DNA of 64,000 bases. Source: Vulcanimicrobiota bacterium. GTDB taxonomy: Bacteria > Vulcanimicrobiota > Vulcanimicrobiia > Vulcanimicrobiales > Vulcanimicrobiaceae. Position 1 is the stretch's first letter. Each line of letters opens with the position of its first letter. The stretch spans positions 1,056,001 to 1,120,000 of the forward strand of contig CAVTCS010000003.1 of assembly GCA_963733295.1 (NCBI GenBank), given 5' to 3'. The translations under genes and the position numbers were made by a program. Positions 53,967 through 64,000 of this stretch are shown here, in pieces. The notes beneath the pieces are model-generated. The model was not told the DNA's origin and made no database searches. It worked only from the letters and a program-made list of their open reading frames with translations.

Positions 53967-56069
53967 ATGCAAGCGGGACGCATTCGCGTCGGAATCGACG
54001 TCGGCGGCACGTTCACGGACCTCGTGGCGCTCGACGAGCGCACGGGCGCGCTGTTCCGCAGCAAAGTTCCCTCGACTCCGCGGGAACCCGAGGTCGCCGT
54101 CGTTGCCGCACTGCAACTCTTGCTGCGCGAGGCGGCTCCGAGCGATGTGGCCTTTCTGTCGCACTCGAGCACGATCGCGACGAACGCGCTGCTCGGCCAG
54201 ATCAACCTCGAGCTTCCCCGGACGCTGTTGCTGACGACCGAGGGCTTTCGCGACGTGCTCGAGATCGGACGGCAGAATCGCAGCGAGGTCTACAACCTGT
54301 TCGTGCAACGCCCGAAACCGCTCGTCGAACGGCGCTTTCGCCTCGGGGTGCGCGAGCGGATGGATCCGTTCGGGAACGTCGTGGTGCCGCTCGATGCGGC
54401 CTCACTCGCGAAAGCGCTCGACGCGGTTGCGCTGAGCGAGGCTCGCGCGCTCGCGGTTTCGTTCTTGCACAGCTACGCGAATCCGGCGCACGAGCGGAGC
54501 GCCCGCGACGCGCTTCGCGAGCGTTTTCCGGAACTGCCGGTCGTGCTCTCGAGCGACGCCGATCCGGAGTATCGCGAGTACGAACGGACGAGTACGACGG
54601 TCGTGAATGCCGTACTCGGCCCGCTCGTGCGCGGCTACCTCGAACGTTTGGCCGAGCGCGCACGCGAACTCGGAGTCGACGCGAAATTTTACGTCATGCA
54701 GTCGAACGGAGGCATGGCCTCGCTCGAAGCTGCGGCAGCGCGTCCTGCCACGATGGTCGAGAGCGGTCCCGCATCGGGCGTCATCGGGGCCGCGCACCTC
54801 GGCCGCGTTCTCGGGCTCGAGAACGTTCTGTCGTTCGACATGGGCGGAACGACCGCGAAAGCCGGCACGATCGTCGGCGGCAATCCCCGCGTCGCCGCTG
54901 AATTCGAGGCCGCCGGACGGACGCACTCCGGACGCGCCGTCAAAGGCTCCGGCTATCCGGTGCGCTTTCCGTTCATCGATCTGGCCGAAGTCAGTGCGGG
55001 GGGCGGGACGATTGCTTTCGTCGACGCCGGCGGCGCACTGCACGTCGGACCACTCTCGGCGGGCGCCGATCCCGGGCCGGCGGCTTACGGCCGCGGGATC
55101 CAGCCGACGGTGACCGACGCGAACCTCGTACTGGGAAGACTCAACCAGCACGCTTTGCTCGGCGGCGCGATGCCGATCGACGTGTCGCGTTCGCGCGCGG
55201 CGCTCGAAGCGCTCTTGCCGATGCTTCCCGAACTCGACCTCGACCGGTTGGCGGCCGGGATCGTGCACCTGGCCGATCTTGAAATGGCGAAAGTGTTGCG
55301 CATCGTGACCGTCGAGCGAGGTTTCGATCCGCGCGATTTTACCCTTATGGCCTTCGGCGGTAGCGGTCCGCTGCACGGCTGCGCGGTTGCGAGCGAACTC
55401 GGCATCCGGCGCATCGTGATTCCGCCCGACCCTGGACTTTTTTCCGCGCTAGGTTTGCTCGTCGCCGACCTTCGGATCAGCGGCGTGCGCTCGATCCTTG
55501 CCGATGCGGCCCAAATCGAGGCCGGCGCGATCGAGGCGGCTTTCTTAGAGCTCGAACTGCACGCCGGCGGCGACCTGGCGCGGCAGGGCGTCGCGCAGGA
55601 CGCGGTTGCGTTCGCGCGCGATCTCGAGATGCGCTACGCCGGCCAGAGTTTCGAATTGACGATCGCGGCCGAGTCGCCGTTCGACGAACGAGCGAAGCGC
55701 GCGGCCGTGGAGCGTTTCCACGCGAACCATGCGCGCACGTACGGGTACTCGTCGCCGGAAGAGCCGGTCGAGATCGTCGCCGGGCGCAGTACCGCGACCG
55801 GCGCGGTCGTCAAGCCGTCGCCGGCGCAGCTGCCGGCCGCCGAGAGAGGCGCTCTCGAGCGCGCGACCCTCGAACGCCGCGACGTCGCGCTCTCGGGTTC
55901 GTCGCGCACGCAGGTACCGGTCTACGCGCGCGCCATGCTGCGCGCCGGCGACGCGTTTTCCGGACCGGCGCTCGTCGAACAGTACGATTCGTGCAGTTAC
56001 GTCGCGCCCGGGTTCGAGGCGCGGGTCGACGCGTTCGGCAACCTCTTGCTGGAGCGCAAAGATGATTGA
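53967..56069 (+). CDS. hydantoinase A/oxoprolinase ATP-binding subunit
   Basis: GIDVGGTFTD, SGPA.G, DMGGTT, SAGA.PGP, GG.GPLH. Confidence 0.93.
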   Translation: MQAGRIRVGIDVGGTFTDLVALDERTGALFRSKVPSTPREPEVAVVAALQLLLREAAPSDVAFLSHSSTIATNALLGQINLELPRTLLLTTEGFRDVLEIGRQNRSEVYNLFVQRPKPLVERRFRLGVRERMDPFGNVVVPLDAASLAKALDAVALSEARALAVSFLHSYANPAHERSARDALRERFPELPVVLSSDADPEYREYERTSTTVVNAVLGPLVRGYLERLAERARELGVDAKFYVMQSNGGMASLEAAAARPATMVESGPASGVIGAAHLGRVLGLENVLSFDMGGTTAKAGTIVGGNPRVAAEFEAAGRTHSGRAVKGSGYPVRFPFIDLAEVSAGGGTIAFVDAGGALHVGPLSAGADPGPAAYGRGIQPTVTDANLVLGRLNQHALLGGAMPIDVSRSRAALEALLPMLPELDLDRLAAGIVHLADLEMAKVLRIVTVERGFDPRDFTLMAFGGSGPLHGCAVASELGIRRIVIPPDPGLFSALGLLVADLRISGVRSILADAAQIEAGAIEAAFLELELHAGGDLARQGVAQDAVAFARDLEMRYAGQSFELTIAAESPFDERAKRAAVERFHANHARTYGYSSPEEPVEIVAGRSTATGAVVKPSPAQLPAAERGALERATLERRDVALSGSSRTQVPVYARAMLRAGDAFSGPALVEQYDSCSYVAPGFEARVDAFGNLLLERKDD

Positions 56070-57717
56070 CGCGATCGCGACGGAGGTCATTCGCAGCTCG
56101 CTGATCTACGCGAGCGAAGAGATGGGGATCGCGGTCCGCAACGCCGCCTATTCGCCGAACATCAAGGAACGCTTGGATCACTCGTGCGCGCTCTTCGACC
56201 GTTTCGGACGATTGATCGCGCAGGCCGAACACATCCCGGTGCACCTCGGCTCGCTGCCTTGGGGTTTACGGGAGACGCTCGGGGTTCTGGCGGCTCGCGG
56301 CACGCAAATCGCGCCGGGAGAGATGTGGGTCGTCAACGATCCGTACGTCTCCGGAACGCATCTCAACGACATCACGCTGATCCGGCCGATCTTCGTGCGA
56401 GCGAAGGACGCGCAGCGGCACGTCGGATTCGCCGCCAACAAAGCGCACCACACCGACGTCGGGGGCAGCGTTCCCGGTTCGATGTCGGCCGACGCGCGCG
56501 AGCTGTGTCAGGAGGGCCTCGTCATTTCGCCGCTGCGCTTGATGCGCGATGACCGGGTCTCGAGCGAGGTCGTCGACTTGATCCGTGCCAACTCGCGCAC
56601 GCCCGCTGCGCGCAGCGGAGATTTGAAGGCTCAAGTCGCAGGGAACGTTACCGGCGAGCGGCGCGTCCTCGAACTGATCGAGCGTTATGGAATCGATGGC
56701 TTCGAGGGAGCCGTCGAACGTATTCTGGACGAAAGCGAGCGTCGTCTGCGAGCCGCGCTGCGCGCCCTCGGCGAACGGCACGTTCGCGTCGAAGACGTGC
56801 TGGAACCGCCGGACGGCGGCGATTTGCTGCACCTCGTCGCGACGGTGAACCTGCGCGACGGCGCGATCGAAATCGACTACGAGGGGACGAGCGCTCAGGT
56901 TCCTTACCCGCTCAACGCCGTTTTCGGCGTCACGCTTTCGGGCGTTCACTACGTCATTCGCGCCGCGACCGATCCGGAGATTCCGATGAACGAGGGCTGC
57001 TTTCGCCCGGTCGAGGTGCGCGCGCCGCTGGGCACGCTCCTGAACCCGCGCCGGCCGGCACCCGTCGCGGGTGGCAACGTGGAAACTTCGCAGCGCAACG
57101 CCGACCTGATGCTGCGCGCGTTCGCGGCGATCGCACCGGGCCGCATCCCCGCGCTCTCGAGCGGAACGATGTCGAACGTCATGGCCGGCGGCACCGCCGC
57201 CGACGGGAGCGCGTGGGCCTTCTACGAGACGAACGGCGGCGGCATGGGGGCGCGTCCGAACGCCGACGGTATCGACGGCATTCACACCCACATGACCAAC
57301 ACGCTCAACACGCCGATCGAAGCGATCGAGCGCTATTTCCCGATCAGGCTCACCAAATACGAGTTCGCACCGGGAACCGGCGGCGAGGGCGAGTTCCGTG
57401 GAGGTTGCGGGCTCGTGCGAAGCTTCACGCTGCTCGAAGGGAGCTGCACCGTTTCGCTCTTAGCCGAGCGCCAGCGCGTCGCTCCCGCCGGTGCAGCGGG
57501 TGGTTCCGGCGGCGCGTGCGGCCGCCACCGCTTGCGCGCGGCCGACGGCAGCCTGCGCACGTTGCCGGCGAAGGGCAGCCTCGAGCTCGCGCCGGGCGAC
57601 GAGCTGATCGTTCAAACCCCGGGCGGCGGCGGCTTCGGCGACCCGGCCAAACGGCCCAGCGCCGCGCGCCGGCGCGACGAAGAGAACGGCTTGCTTCGGC
57701 CAAAGGAAGACGCATGA
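56062..57717 (+). CDS. hydantoinase B/oxoprolinase subunit
   Basis: SPNIKERLD.SCA, HIPVH, NDPY..GTHL.D, H..DVGG, TPGGGG.G. Confidence 0.93.
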   Translation: MIDAIATEVIRSSLIYASEEMGIAVRNAAYSPNIKERLDHSCALFDRFGRLIAQAEHIPVHLGSLPWGLRETLGVLAARGTQIAPGEMWVVNDPYVSGTHLNDITLIRPIFVRAKDAQRHVGFAANKAHHTDVGGSVPGSMSADARELCQEGLVISPLRLMRDDRVSSEVVDLIRANSRTPAARSGDLKAQVAGNVTGERRVLELIERYGIDGFEGAVERILDESERRLRAALRALGERHVRVEDVLEPPDGGDLLHLVATVNLRDGAIEIDYEGTSAQVPYPLNAVFGVTLSGVHYVIRAATDPEIPMNEGCFRPVEVRAPLGTLLNPRRPAPVAGGNVETSQRNADLMLRAFAAIAPGRIPALSSGTMSNVMAGGTAADGSAWAFYETNGGGMGARPNADGIDGIHTHMTNTLNTPIEAIERYFPIRLTKYEFAPGTGGEGEFRGGCGLVRSFTLLEGSCTVSLLAERQRVAPAGAAGGSGGACGRHRLRAADGSLRTLPAKGSLELAPGDELIVQTPGGGGFGDPAKRPSAARRRDEENGLLRPKEDA

Positions 57718-58991
57718 AGAAGATTGCTGTCGCGTTTCTCACGACGCTCGTCCTCGCCGTGCAGAGCACGGTGTCACCCGTTCCGGCCGCCGCGGATGCC
57801 CCGGACGTCGTAGTCGGAGCGATCCTGCCGTTGACCGGTTCGCTCGCGCCCACCGGGCAGCGCTTGCGGCAAGGGATCGAGCTCGCCGCCGATTTGGTGA
57901 ACGGCGGGGCCAACCTGCACTATCCTCTGCCGATGACCGGGACCAGCGGGTTTCCGAATCTGGGCCATGCTAAACTGCGCGTCGTTTTCGCGGACTCGCA
58001 AGGCAAACCCGATCAAGCCAAGACCGTCGCCGAGGATCTCATCAACCGCGAGCACGTCGTCGCCTTGATCGGCTGTTACGCGAGCGGCCTCACCGCGACC
58101 GCGAGCCAAGTCGCCGAACGCGACGGCATCCCGTTTCTGAATCCCGACTCGACGAGTCCTACGTTGATCGCCCGCGGCTTCAAATGGTTCTTCCGCACGA
58201 CCCCCGACGATGCGACCTTCTCGCAGAACTTCTTCGATTTCTTGCACGACCTGCACGCTCAGAACGGCAAGATCGATCCGAGGAAGATCGGTCTCGTCAG
58301 CGAGGATACGCTGTTCGGGAAAGGCGCCGAGACGACCGAAGCCGCCGATGCCGCGAAGGCCGGCATGCAGGTCGTCGCCGATCTGACCTATCCGCAGGGC
58401 ACGAGCGAAGCGGAGTCCGAGGTACAGCGTCTGAAGGCCTCGAGTCCCGACATCGTGATCGTGGCCTCGCTCATCGGCGACGCGATCCTCTTCATGAAAA
58501 CGTTCAAAGCGCAAAATTTCTTGCCGCAGGCTATTTTGGCGCAGGACGCGGGGTTCGTCGATCCGACGCTGATCAAGACCATCGGCAAAGACGCCGACGG
58601 CGTCTTGAGCCGTGAAGTCTGGTCGCTCAATTTGAAGATTCCGAACCAGGGAGCGCCGCTGGTCAACCAACTCTTCAAGGCGCGTTACGGAACGAACATG
58701 GACGGAAACGTCGCGCGCGACTTCATGGGCATGCTGGTGCTGGCCGATGCGATCGAGCGCGCGAAGTCGACGCAACCCGAAGCGATCCGAAGCGCGCTCG
58801 CCGCGACGAACATCCCGGGAAACCGGACGATCATGCCCTGGGTCGGCATCAAGTTCGATGCGCGCGGCCAAAACATCGAAGGTAGCGGCATCGTCGTCCA
58901 GATTCAAAACGGCGAGTATCAGACGGTTTGGCCCGCGAAGTTCGCGACGAGGCCGGTCGTCTGGCCGTTGCCGGCCTGGTCTTCGCGCTGA
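57714..58991 (+). CDS. branched-chain amino acid-type ABC substrate-binding protein
   Basis: Signal peptide; VGA.LPLTG.LA..G, WFFRT.P. Confidence 0.9.
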   Translation: MKKIAVAFLTTLVLAVQSTVSPVPAAADAPDVVVGAILPLTGSLAPTGQRLRQGIELAADLVNGGANLHYPLPMTGTSGFPNLGHAKLRVVFADSQGKPDQAKTVAEDLINREHVVALIGCYASGLTATASQVAERDGIPFLNPDSTSPTLIARGFKWFFRTTPDDATFSQNFFDFLHDLHAQNGKIDPRKIGLVSEDTLFGKGAETTEAADAAKAGMQVVADLTYPQGTSEAESEVQRLKASSPDIVIVASLIGDAILFMKTFKAQNFLPQAILAQDAGFVDPTLIKTIGKDADGVLSREVWSLNLKIPNQGAPLVNQLFKARYGTNMDGNVARDFMGMLVLADAIERAKSTQPEAIRSALAATNIPGNRTIMPWVGIKFDARGQNIEGSGIVVQIQNGEYQTVWPAKFATRPVVWPLPAWSSR

Positions 58992-59875
58992 CCGAACCGC
59001 TCGCACTCGACGCCGCCTGGAGTTTTCTCCCGCAACTGATCGTCAGCGGCATCCTGAGCGGGCTCGTTTTCGCGCTCATCGCGATCGGACTGACGCTCGT
59101 CTACGGCGTCATGGAGATCGTCAATTTCGCGCACGGCGAGTTTTTGATGCTCGCGATGTACGCGTCGCTGGGTTTGGCGGCACTCGGTCTCGGACCGGTA
59201 CTCGGTCTGCCGCTCGTCGCGCTCGGAATGTTCTTTTTCGGCTTCGTCCTTTACCGGATCTACATCCGTCGGCTCCTGACCGGGCCGCCCGAAGCGCAAA
59301 TCTTCGGAACGTTCGGGTTGCTCGTGCTCTTGCAAGGCCTCGCGCAATTCGCATTTTCGAGCGATTATCGCGGGATTCCCAATCCGCCGTTCTCGGCGAG
59401 CATCCACCTCGGCTCCATTGCGCTGGGCGGCCCGCAGGTCGTCGCCGCGGTTGGTGCCATCGTCATCACCGCGCTGCTCGTCGCGTTCATCGAGTTCAGC
59501 GAAACGGGACGCGCCTTGCGCGCCTTGGCCGAAGACCGCATGGCGGCGACGCTGATGGGCATCGACGTGGAACGGATGAATGCGTTCGCCTTCGGGTTGG
59601 GCGCGGCGTGCGCGGGTGCGGCGGGCGCGCTCCTGATGTTGTACTATCAGGTCCATCCGCGCGTCGGCGCCGAGTTCGCGCTGACCGCTTTCGTCGTCGT
59701 AGCGCTGGGCGGTTTCGGCAGCGTGCGCGGCGCGCTGCTCGCCGCCGTGCTCGTGGGTCTCGTCGAAGTTTTGTCCGGTTTCTATCTGTCGCCCGCGGTG
59801 AAGATGATCCCGGTCTACGCGCTGTACCTCATCGTGGTGCTCCTGCGGCCGCAAGGGCTGCTCGGACGGCGATGA
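58988..59875 (+). CDS. LivH-type ABC permease (start uncertain: CTG 58988 or TTG 58928)
   Basis: ALIA.GLTL.YG...VNFAHG, LGG.GS, RPQGL. Confidence 0.88.
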   Translation: MTEPLALDAAWSFLPQLIVSGILSGLVFALIAIGLTLVYGVMEIVNFAHGEFLMLAMYASLGLAALGLGPVLGLPLVALGMFFFGFVLYRIYIRRLLTGPPEAQIFGTFGLLVLLQGLAQFAFSSDYRGIPNPPFSASIHLGSIALGGPQVVAAVGAIVITALLVAFIEFSETGRALRALAEDRMAATLMGIDVERMNAFAFGLGAACAGAAGALLMLYYQVHPRVGAEFALTAFVVVALGGFGSVRGALLAAVLVGLVEVLSGFYLSPAVKMIPVYALYLIVVLLRPQGLLGRR

Positions 59876-60828
59876 GGCTGCGCCGCTTCGCCCCGCTGGG
59901 CGCGCTGAGCCTCGGCCTCGCATTGCTCGCGGCAGCCTTTCCGAACCCCGTCGCGCTCGACGTGCTGTTCTTCATGCTCCTGTATGCGGTGCTCGGTCAA
60001 GGCTGGAACTGGATCAGCGGCTACGGCGGACAAGTGTCGTTCGGGCACGCGCTGTTTTTCGGGTGCGGCGCCTACGCCTCGGCGGCGTTCGCGCTCCACA
60101 AGTTCTCGCCGTGGCTTGCGCTGCCGGCCGGAATCGCCGTCGCGGTGGCGCTGGCCGTCGCCGTCGGGCTGCCCTGTTTCGCGCTGCGCAAGCACTACTT
60201 TTCGATCGCAACGATCGCCGTGGCGGCGATCGGCGAGATCGTGGTGCGCAATACCGATTTTCTGGGCGGCTCGTCCGGAATCGAACTGCCGATCGAAGCC
60301 TCGAGTTTCGCGAATCTGCAATTCGCCGGGAAATTCCCGTACGTCGTGCTCGCGCTCGTCTTGTTCGTTGCGGTTCAAGCCGCGACGATCGCCTTCGAGG
60401 ACTCGCGCATCGGTTATTATTTGCGCGCGATTCGCGCAAATCAGGACGCGGCGGCCAGCGTCGGGATCGACGGACGCCGCTGGAAACTGGTCGCATTCGC
60501 CGGCGGAGCGGCTGCCTGCGCTCTGGCCGGCTCGCTCTACGCGCAGAGCACGCTTTTCGTCGATCCCGAAAGCACGCTTTCGCTGGGCATCTCGATTGCG
60601 ATTGCACTCGTCGGCGTTGTCGGCGGAGCCGGAAGCGTGTGGGGTCCGCCGCTCGGCGCGGTCATCTATATTTTCCTCTCGAAGTACGTGGCCGTGCTGC
60701 TGGGAGGCAGCGGCCGCGGGATCGATCTCATCATTTACGGCGGATTGATCGTGCTGGTTGCGGCGCTGCGGCCGAGCGGTTTGACGGGAGCACTCGCGCC
60801 GCTGTTCCGCCGGCGGAGACCGGCGTGA
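59872..60828 (+). CDS. LivM-type ABC permease
   Basis: G..GQ.SFGH..FFG.GAY, YF.IAT, GG.GS..GP. Confidence 0.9.
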   Translation: MRLRRFAPLGALSLGLALLAAAFPNPVALDVLFFMLLYAVLGQGWNWISGYGGQVSFGHALFFGCGAYASAAFALHKFSPWLALPAGIAVAVALAVAVGLPCFALRKHYFSIATIAVAAIGEIVVRNTDFLGGSSGIELPIEASSFANLQFAGKFPYVVLALVLFVAVQAATIAFEDSRIGYYLRAIRANQDAAASVGIDGRRWKLVAFAGGAAACALAGSLYAQSTLFVDPESTLSLGISIAIALVGVVGGAGSVWGPPLGAVIYIFLSKYVAVLLGGSGRGIDLIIYGGLIVLVAALRPSGLTGALAPLFRRRRPA

Positions 60829-61540
60829 GCGAAATCGCGCTCGCCGTGCGAGGGCTCCAGATGCGTTACGGTGCCCTGCGCGTACTCGATGGACTCGATT
60901 TCGACGCGCGAGCCGGGCGCGTCACCGCGCTGATCGGTCCGAACGGCGCAGGCAAGACGACGGCCTTCGCGTGTATTGCGGGAGCGACTCGCGCAACCGG
61001 GGGCAGCGTGAAATTCTTCGGCCGCGAGTTGACCGGAGTTCCGGACTACGCGATTGCCCAGCTCGGACTGGTGCGCACCTACCAGATCGTGCAGACGTTC
61101 GCGGACATGACGACGCTCGAAGGGGTCACGGTCGGCGCACTCCTGCGGCATCCGCACTTGCCGGCTGCGCGGGAGCGGGCGGCGGGCGTACTTGAGCGCG
61201 TCGGTCTCGGACATCGCGCCGGAGTGCTCGGCAAAGCTCTGACCATCGCTGATAAGAAACGGCTCGAGCTCGCGCGGGCGCTGGCGGCCGAACCGCGCGT
61301 GCTCCTGCTCGACGAAGTGCTCGCCGGGCTCACGCCGAGCGAAGCGCAAGCTGCGGTCGAACTGGTGCGCGACATCGTGCGCGACGGAATCTCGATCGTA
61401 ATGGTCGAGCACGTGATGGAGACGCTGATGCCGCTCGCCGATCACGTCGTCGTGCTGAGCGCCGGACGGTGCATTTTCGACGGCGCGGCCGCGGCCGCGC
61501 TGGCCGACCCGGCGGTCATCGAAGCCTACTTGGGCCGCCC

Positions 61541-61544
<4 letters not shown>
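60825..61544 (+). CDS. LivG-type ABC ATPase
   Basis: GPNGAGKT, LLLDE, VEH, VIEAYLG. Confidence 0.92.
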
Positions 61545-62248
<704 letters not shown>

Positions 62249-62348
62249 GAGCGCCCCTTGCTCGCACGGTAGTGCTGGGCCTTGGTCGAACGAACGGGAA
62301 TCTAAAGAAAACGACTGTGAGACGGACCGAAAGGGGTATACCCTCTCC

Positions 62349-62930
62349 ATGAGTACGACAAAGACCAGTAATAGCGCCACGCCCTTTTTGAGCGACATCA
62401 AGACGCTGCGCGAGCGCGCGCGCAAGAATCTCGGAGACGGCGCCGTCACCGACAACTATAGAGGCGACGTCAAGAAATCGATCGAGCTCCTCCAAGGCGC
62501 GCTCGCGACCGAGATCGTTTGCGTTTTGCGTTACACGATGCACGCCGTGGCCGCGACCGGCATCGACAGCGATGCGGTCAAGGAAGAATTCCAGCAGCAC
62601 GCCGATGACGAGCGCGGCCACATGATGGAGATCGCCGAGCGCATCAACCAGCTGGGCGGAATCCCCGATATGAATCCGCGCGGACTCGAAACTCGTGCGG
62701 CAAGCGAGTACGGCTCCAACAAACTGAATCTGGTCGACATGATCAAAGAGAACCTGGTCGCCGAACGCATTGCGATCGAGCACTACCGGGAGTTGGTCCG
62801 CTACTTCGCCGACAACGATCCGTCGACGCGCGACATGCTCGTGCACATCCTGGCCATGGAAGAAGAGCACGCCAACGACATGCACGACCTGCTCGTGTCG
62901 CGCGAAGGCAAACCGTTCCTGAACACCTGA
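62349..62930 (+). CDS. bacterioferritin-like / ferritin-like protein
   Basis: ATE...LRY..H, E..H...AERI.QLGG.P, E.L.AER.AI..Y, EE.H. Confidence 0.88.
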   Translation: MSTTKTSNSATPFLSDIKTLRERARKNLGDGAVTDNYRGDVKKSIELLQGALATEIVCVLRYTMHAVAATGIDSDAVKEEFQQHADDERGHMMEIAERINQLGGIPDMNPRGLETRAASEYGSNKLNLVDMIKENLVAERIAIEHYRELVRYFADNDPSTRDMLVHILAMEEEHANDMHDLLVSREGKPFLNT

Positions 62931-62939
62931 CCGGAAAGT

Positions 62940-63884
62940 CTAGACGGTTTCGGCGAGCTGCAACATCGCGGCTCGATCGGACGGCGCTGCGACGCGCTCG
63001 CCGTGGATTGCGCGCGCGAAAAGCTCAGCGCTGTCGACGAGCCGCGGCCCGGGGCGGTTGACGTAGGCGTTGCCGTCGAGCGCGTAGGCGCGTCCCGAGC
63101 GAACGGCCCGTAGGTTTCGCCAAACCGGTTCCGGCGCGATCTCGGCGATCGCGTCGCGGGTCCGCTGCAAATCGAAACCGCACGGCGCCACGATGACGAC
63201 GTCCGGATCGGCGGCGGCGATCTCGGCCCAGCTCAGGACGCGCGAATTCTTTCCGGGATCGGCCAGGACCGGCTCGCCGCCGGCCAGTTCGACGAGTCCG
63301 GGCGTCCAGTGTCCTCCGCTCATCGGCGGCTCGCTCCATTCCAGGATGAGCGTTCGCAGACGGGGCAACGCAGCCACGCTCGCGTGCAACGCTTCGGTGC
63401 GCGCGCGCAACCCGGAGACGAGCGCGCGGGCCGCTTGCGGTACGCCGGCGAGTTCGGCGACCGTCGCGATGTTGGCGTACACGTCCTCGAGGCTCGACGG
63501 CTCCAGCGAAACGATGCGCGGATCCCCGCGCAGACGCTTCGCCGCTTGCGCCACGATCTCGTACGAAACGGCGCAGACGGCGCAGAGTTCCTGCGTAATG
63601 ATGAGATCGGGCGCGAGCTGTTCGAGCAAGTCCGAGTCGAGCGCGTAAAGACTCGAACCTTCGTGCAGGCTCTTGCGAACGTGCCGGTCGATTTCAGCCG
63701 AACTCGAGGCTTCCGGCAACGCGCTCGCGGTCAGCCGCGGCAGCGCTCGCGCGGCGGACGGAAAGTCGCACTCGTGGGTGACGCCGACGAGCCGTTCGCC
63801 GAGGCCGAGCGCGTAGACGATCTCGGTCGAACTCGGCAGCAAACTGACGATTCTGCTTACTGGAGCAGTCCAAGTATTCTTCAC
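62940..63884 (-). CDS. cobalamin/iron-siderophore-binding protein family (BtuF-like, no signal peptide)
   Basis: RIVSLLPS.TE, GVTHECD.P, TQ.LC.VCA, RPGPRL. Confidence 0.85.
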   Translation of the reverse strand: MKNTWTAPVSRIVSLLPSSTEIVYALGLGERLVGVTHECDFPSAARALPRLTASALPEASSSAEIDRHVRKSLHEGSSLYALDSDLLEQLAPDLIITQELCAVCAVSYEIVAQAAKRLRGDPRIVSLEPSSLEDVYANIATVAELAGVPQAARALVSGLRARTEALHASVAALPRLRTLILEWSEPPMSGGHWTPGLVELAGGEPVLADPGKNSRVLSWAEIAAADPDVVIVAPCGFDLQRTRDAIAEIAPEPVWRNLRAVRSGRAYALDGNAYVNRPGPRLVDSAELFARAIHGERVAAPSDRAAMLQLAETV

Positions 63885-63944
63885 GAACCCTCCAATGAAG
63901 CATATCCGGCGGAAAACTTTGGGTGGCGGCGTACCACCGACTTC

Positions 63945-64000
63945 GTGCAGAGAATCAAGGTCCGCAATCCTGTGGTCGAGCTCGACGGCGACGAGATGAC
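63945..64000 (+). CDS. icd: NADP-dependent isocitrate dehydrogenase (N-terminus, truncated by window edge)
   Basis: MQRIKVRNPVVELDGDEMT. Confidence 0.85.
   Translation, partial: MQRIKVRNPVVELDGDEM

Overview
GC-rich bacterial chromosomal window. Its gene order is Terrabacteria-like and it carries a Gram-positive-type LexA box. An Eremiobacterota/Vulcanimicrobiota-like origin is a low-confidence guess. Most of the window is housekeeping: aroA, aroE, cbs plus a cystathionine gamma-lyase/synthase, glxK, rapZ-yvcK, rnpB, yceD-rpmF-fabH-fabD-fabG-acpP-ffh-rpsP-khpA-lspA-rimM, a hydantoinase/oxoprolinase plus Liv-type ABC operon, the start of icd and five tRNAs. Four things stand out. (1) A 1413-aa single ORF fuses an APC permease to an exported GH35 glycosidase that resembles exo-beta-glucosaminidase and has an altered catalytic motif. 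(2) A three-gene module encodes a lytic transglycosylase with no signal peptide and two paralogous helical proteins sharing a C-terminal motif, possibly an undescribed envelope-spanning filament or secretion system. (3) A split class II ribonucleotide reductase has a 483-aa HNH-type intein in its active-site motif, and its promoter carries both NrdR boxes and a LexA box. (4) Stacked, decayed integrative elements at tRNA-Ile leave two att copies plus integrase and terminase relics that the ORF track misses or mistranslates. All calls come from motif recognition by eye; no searches were run.
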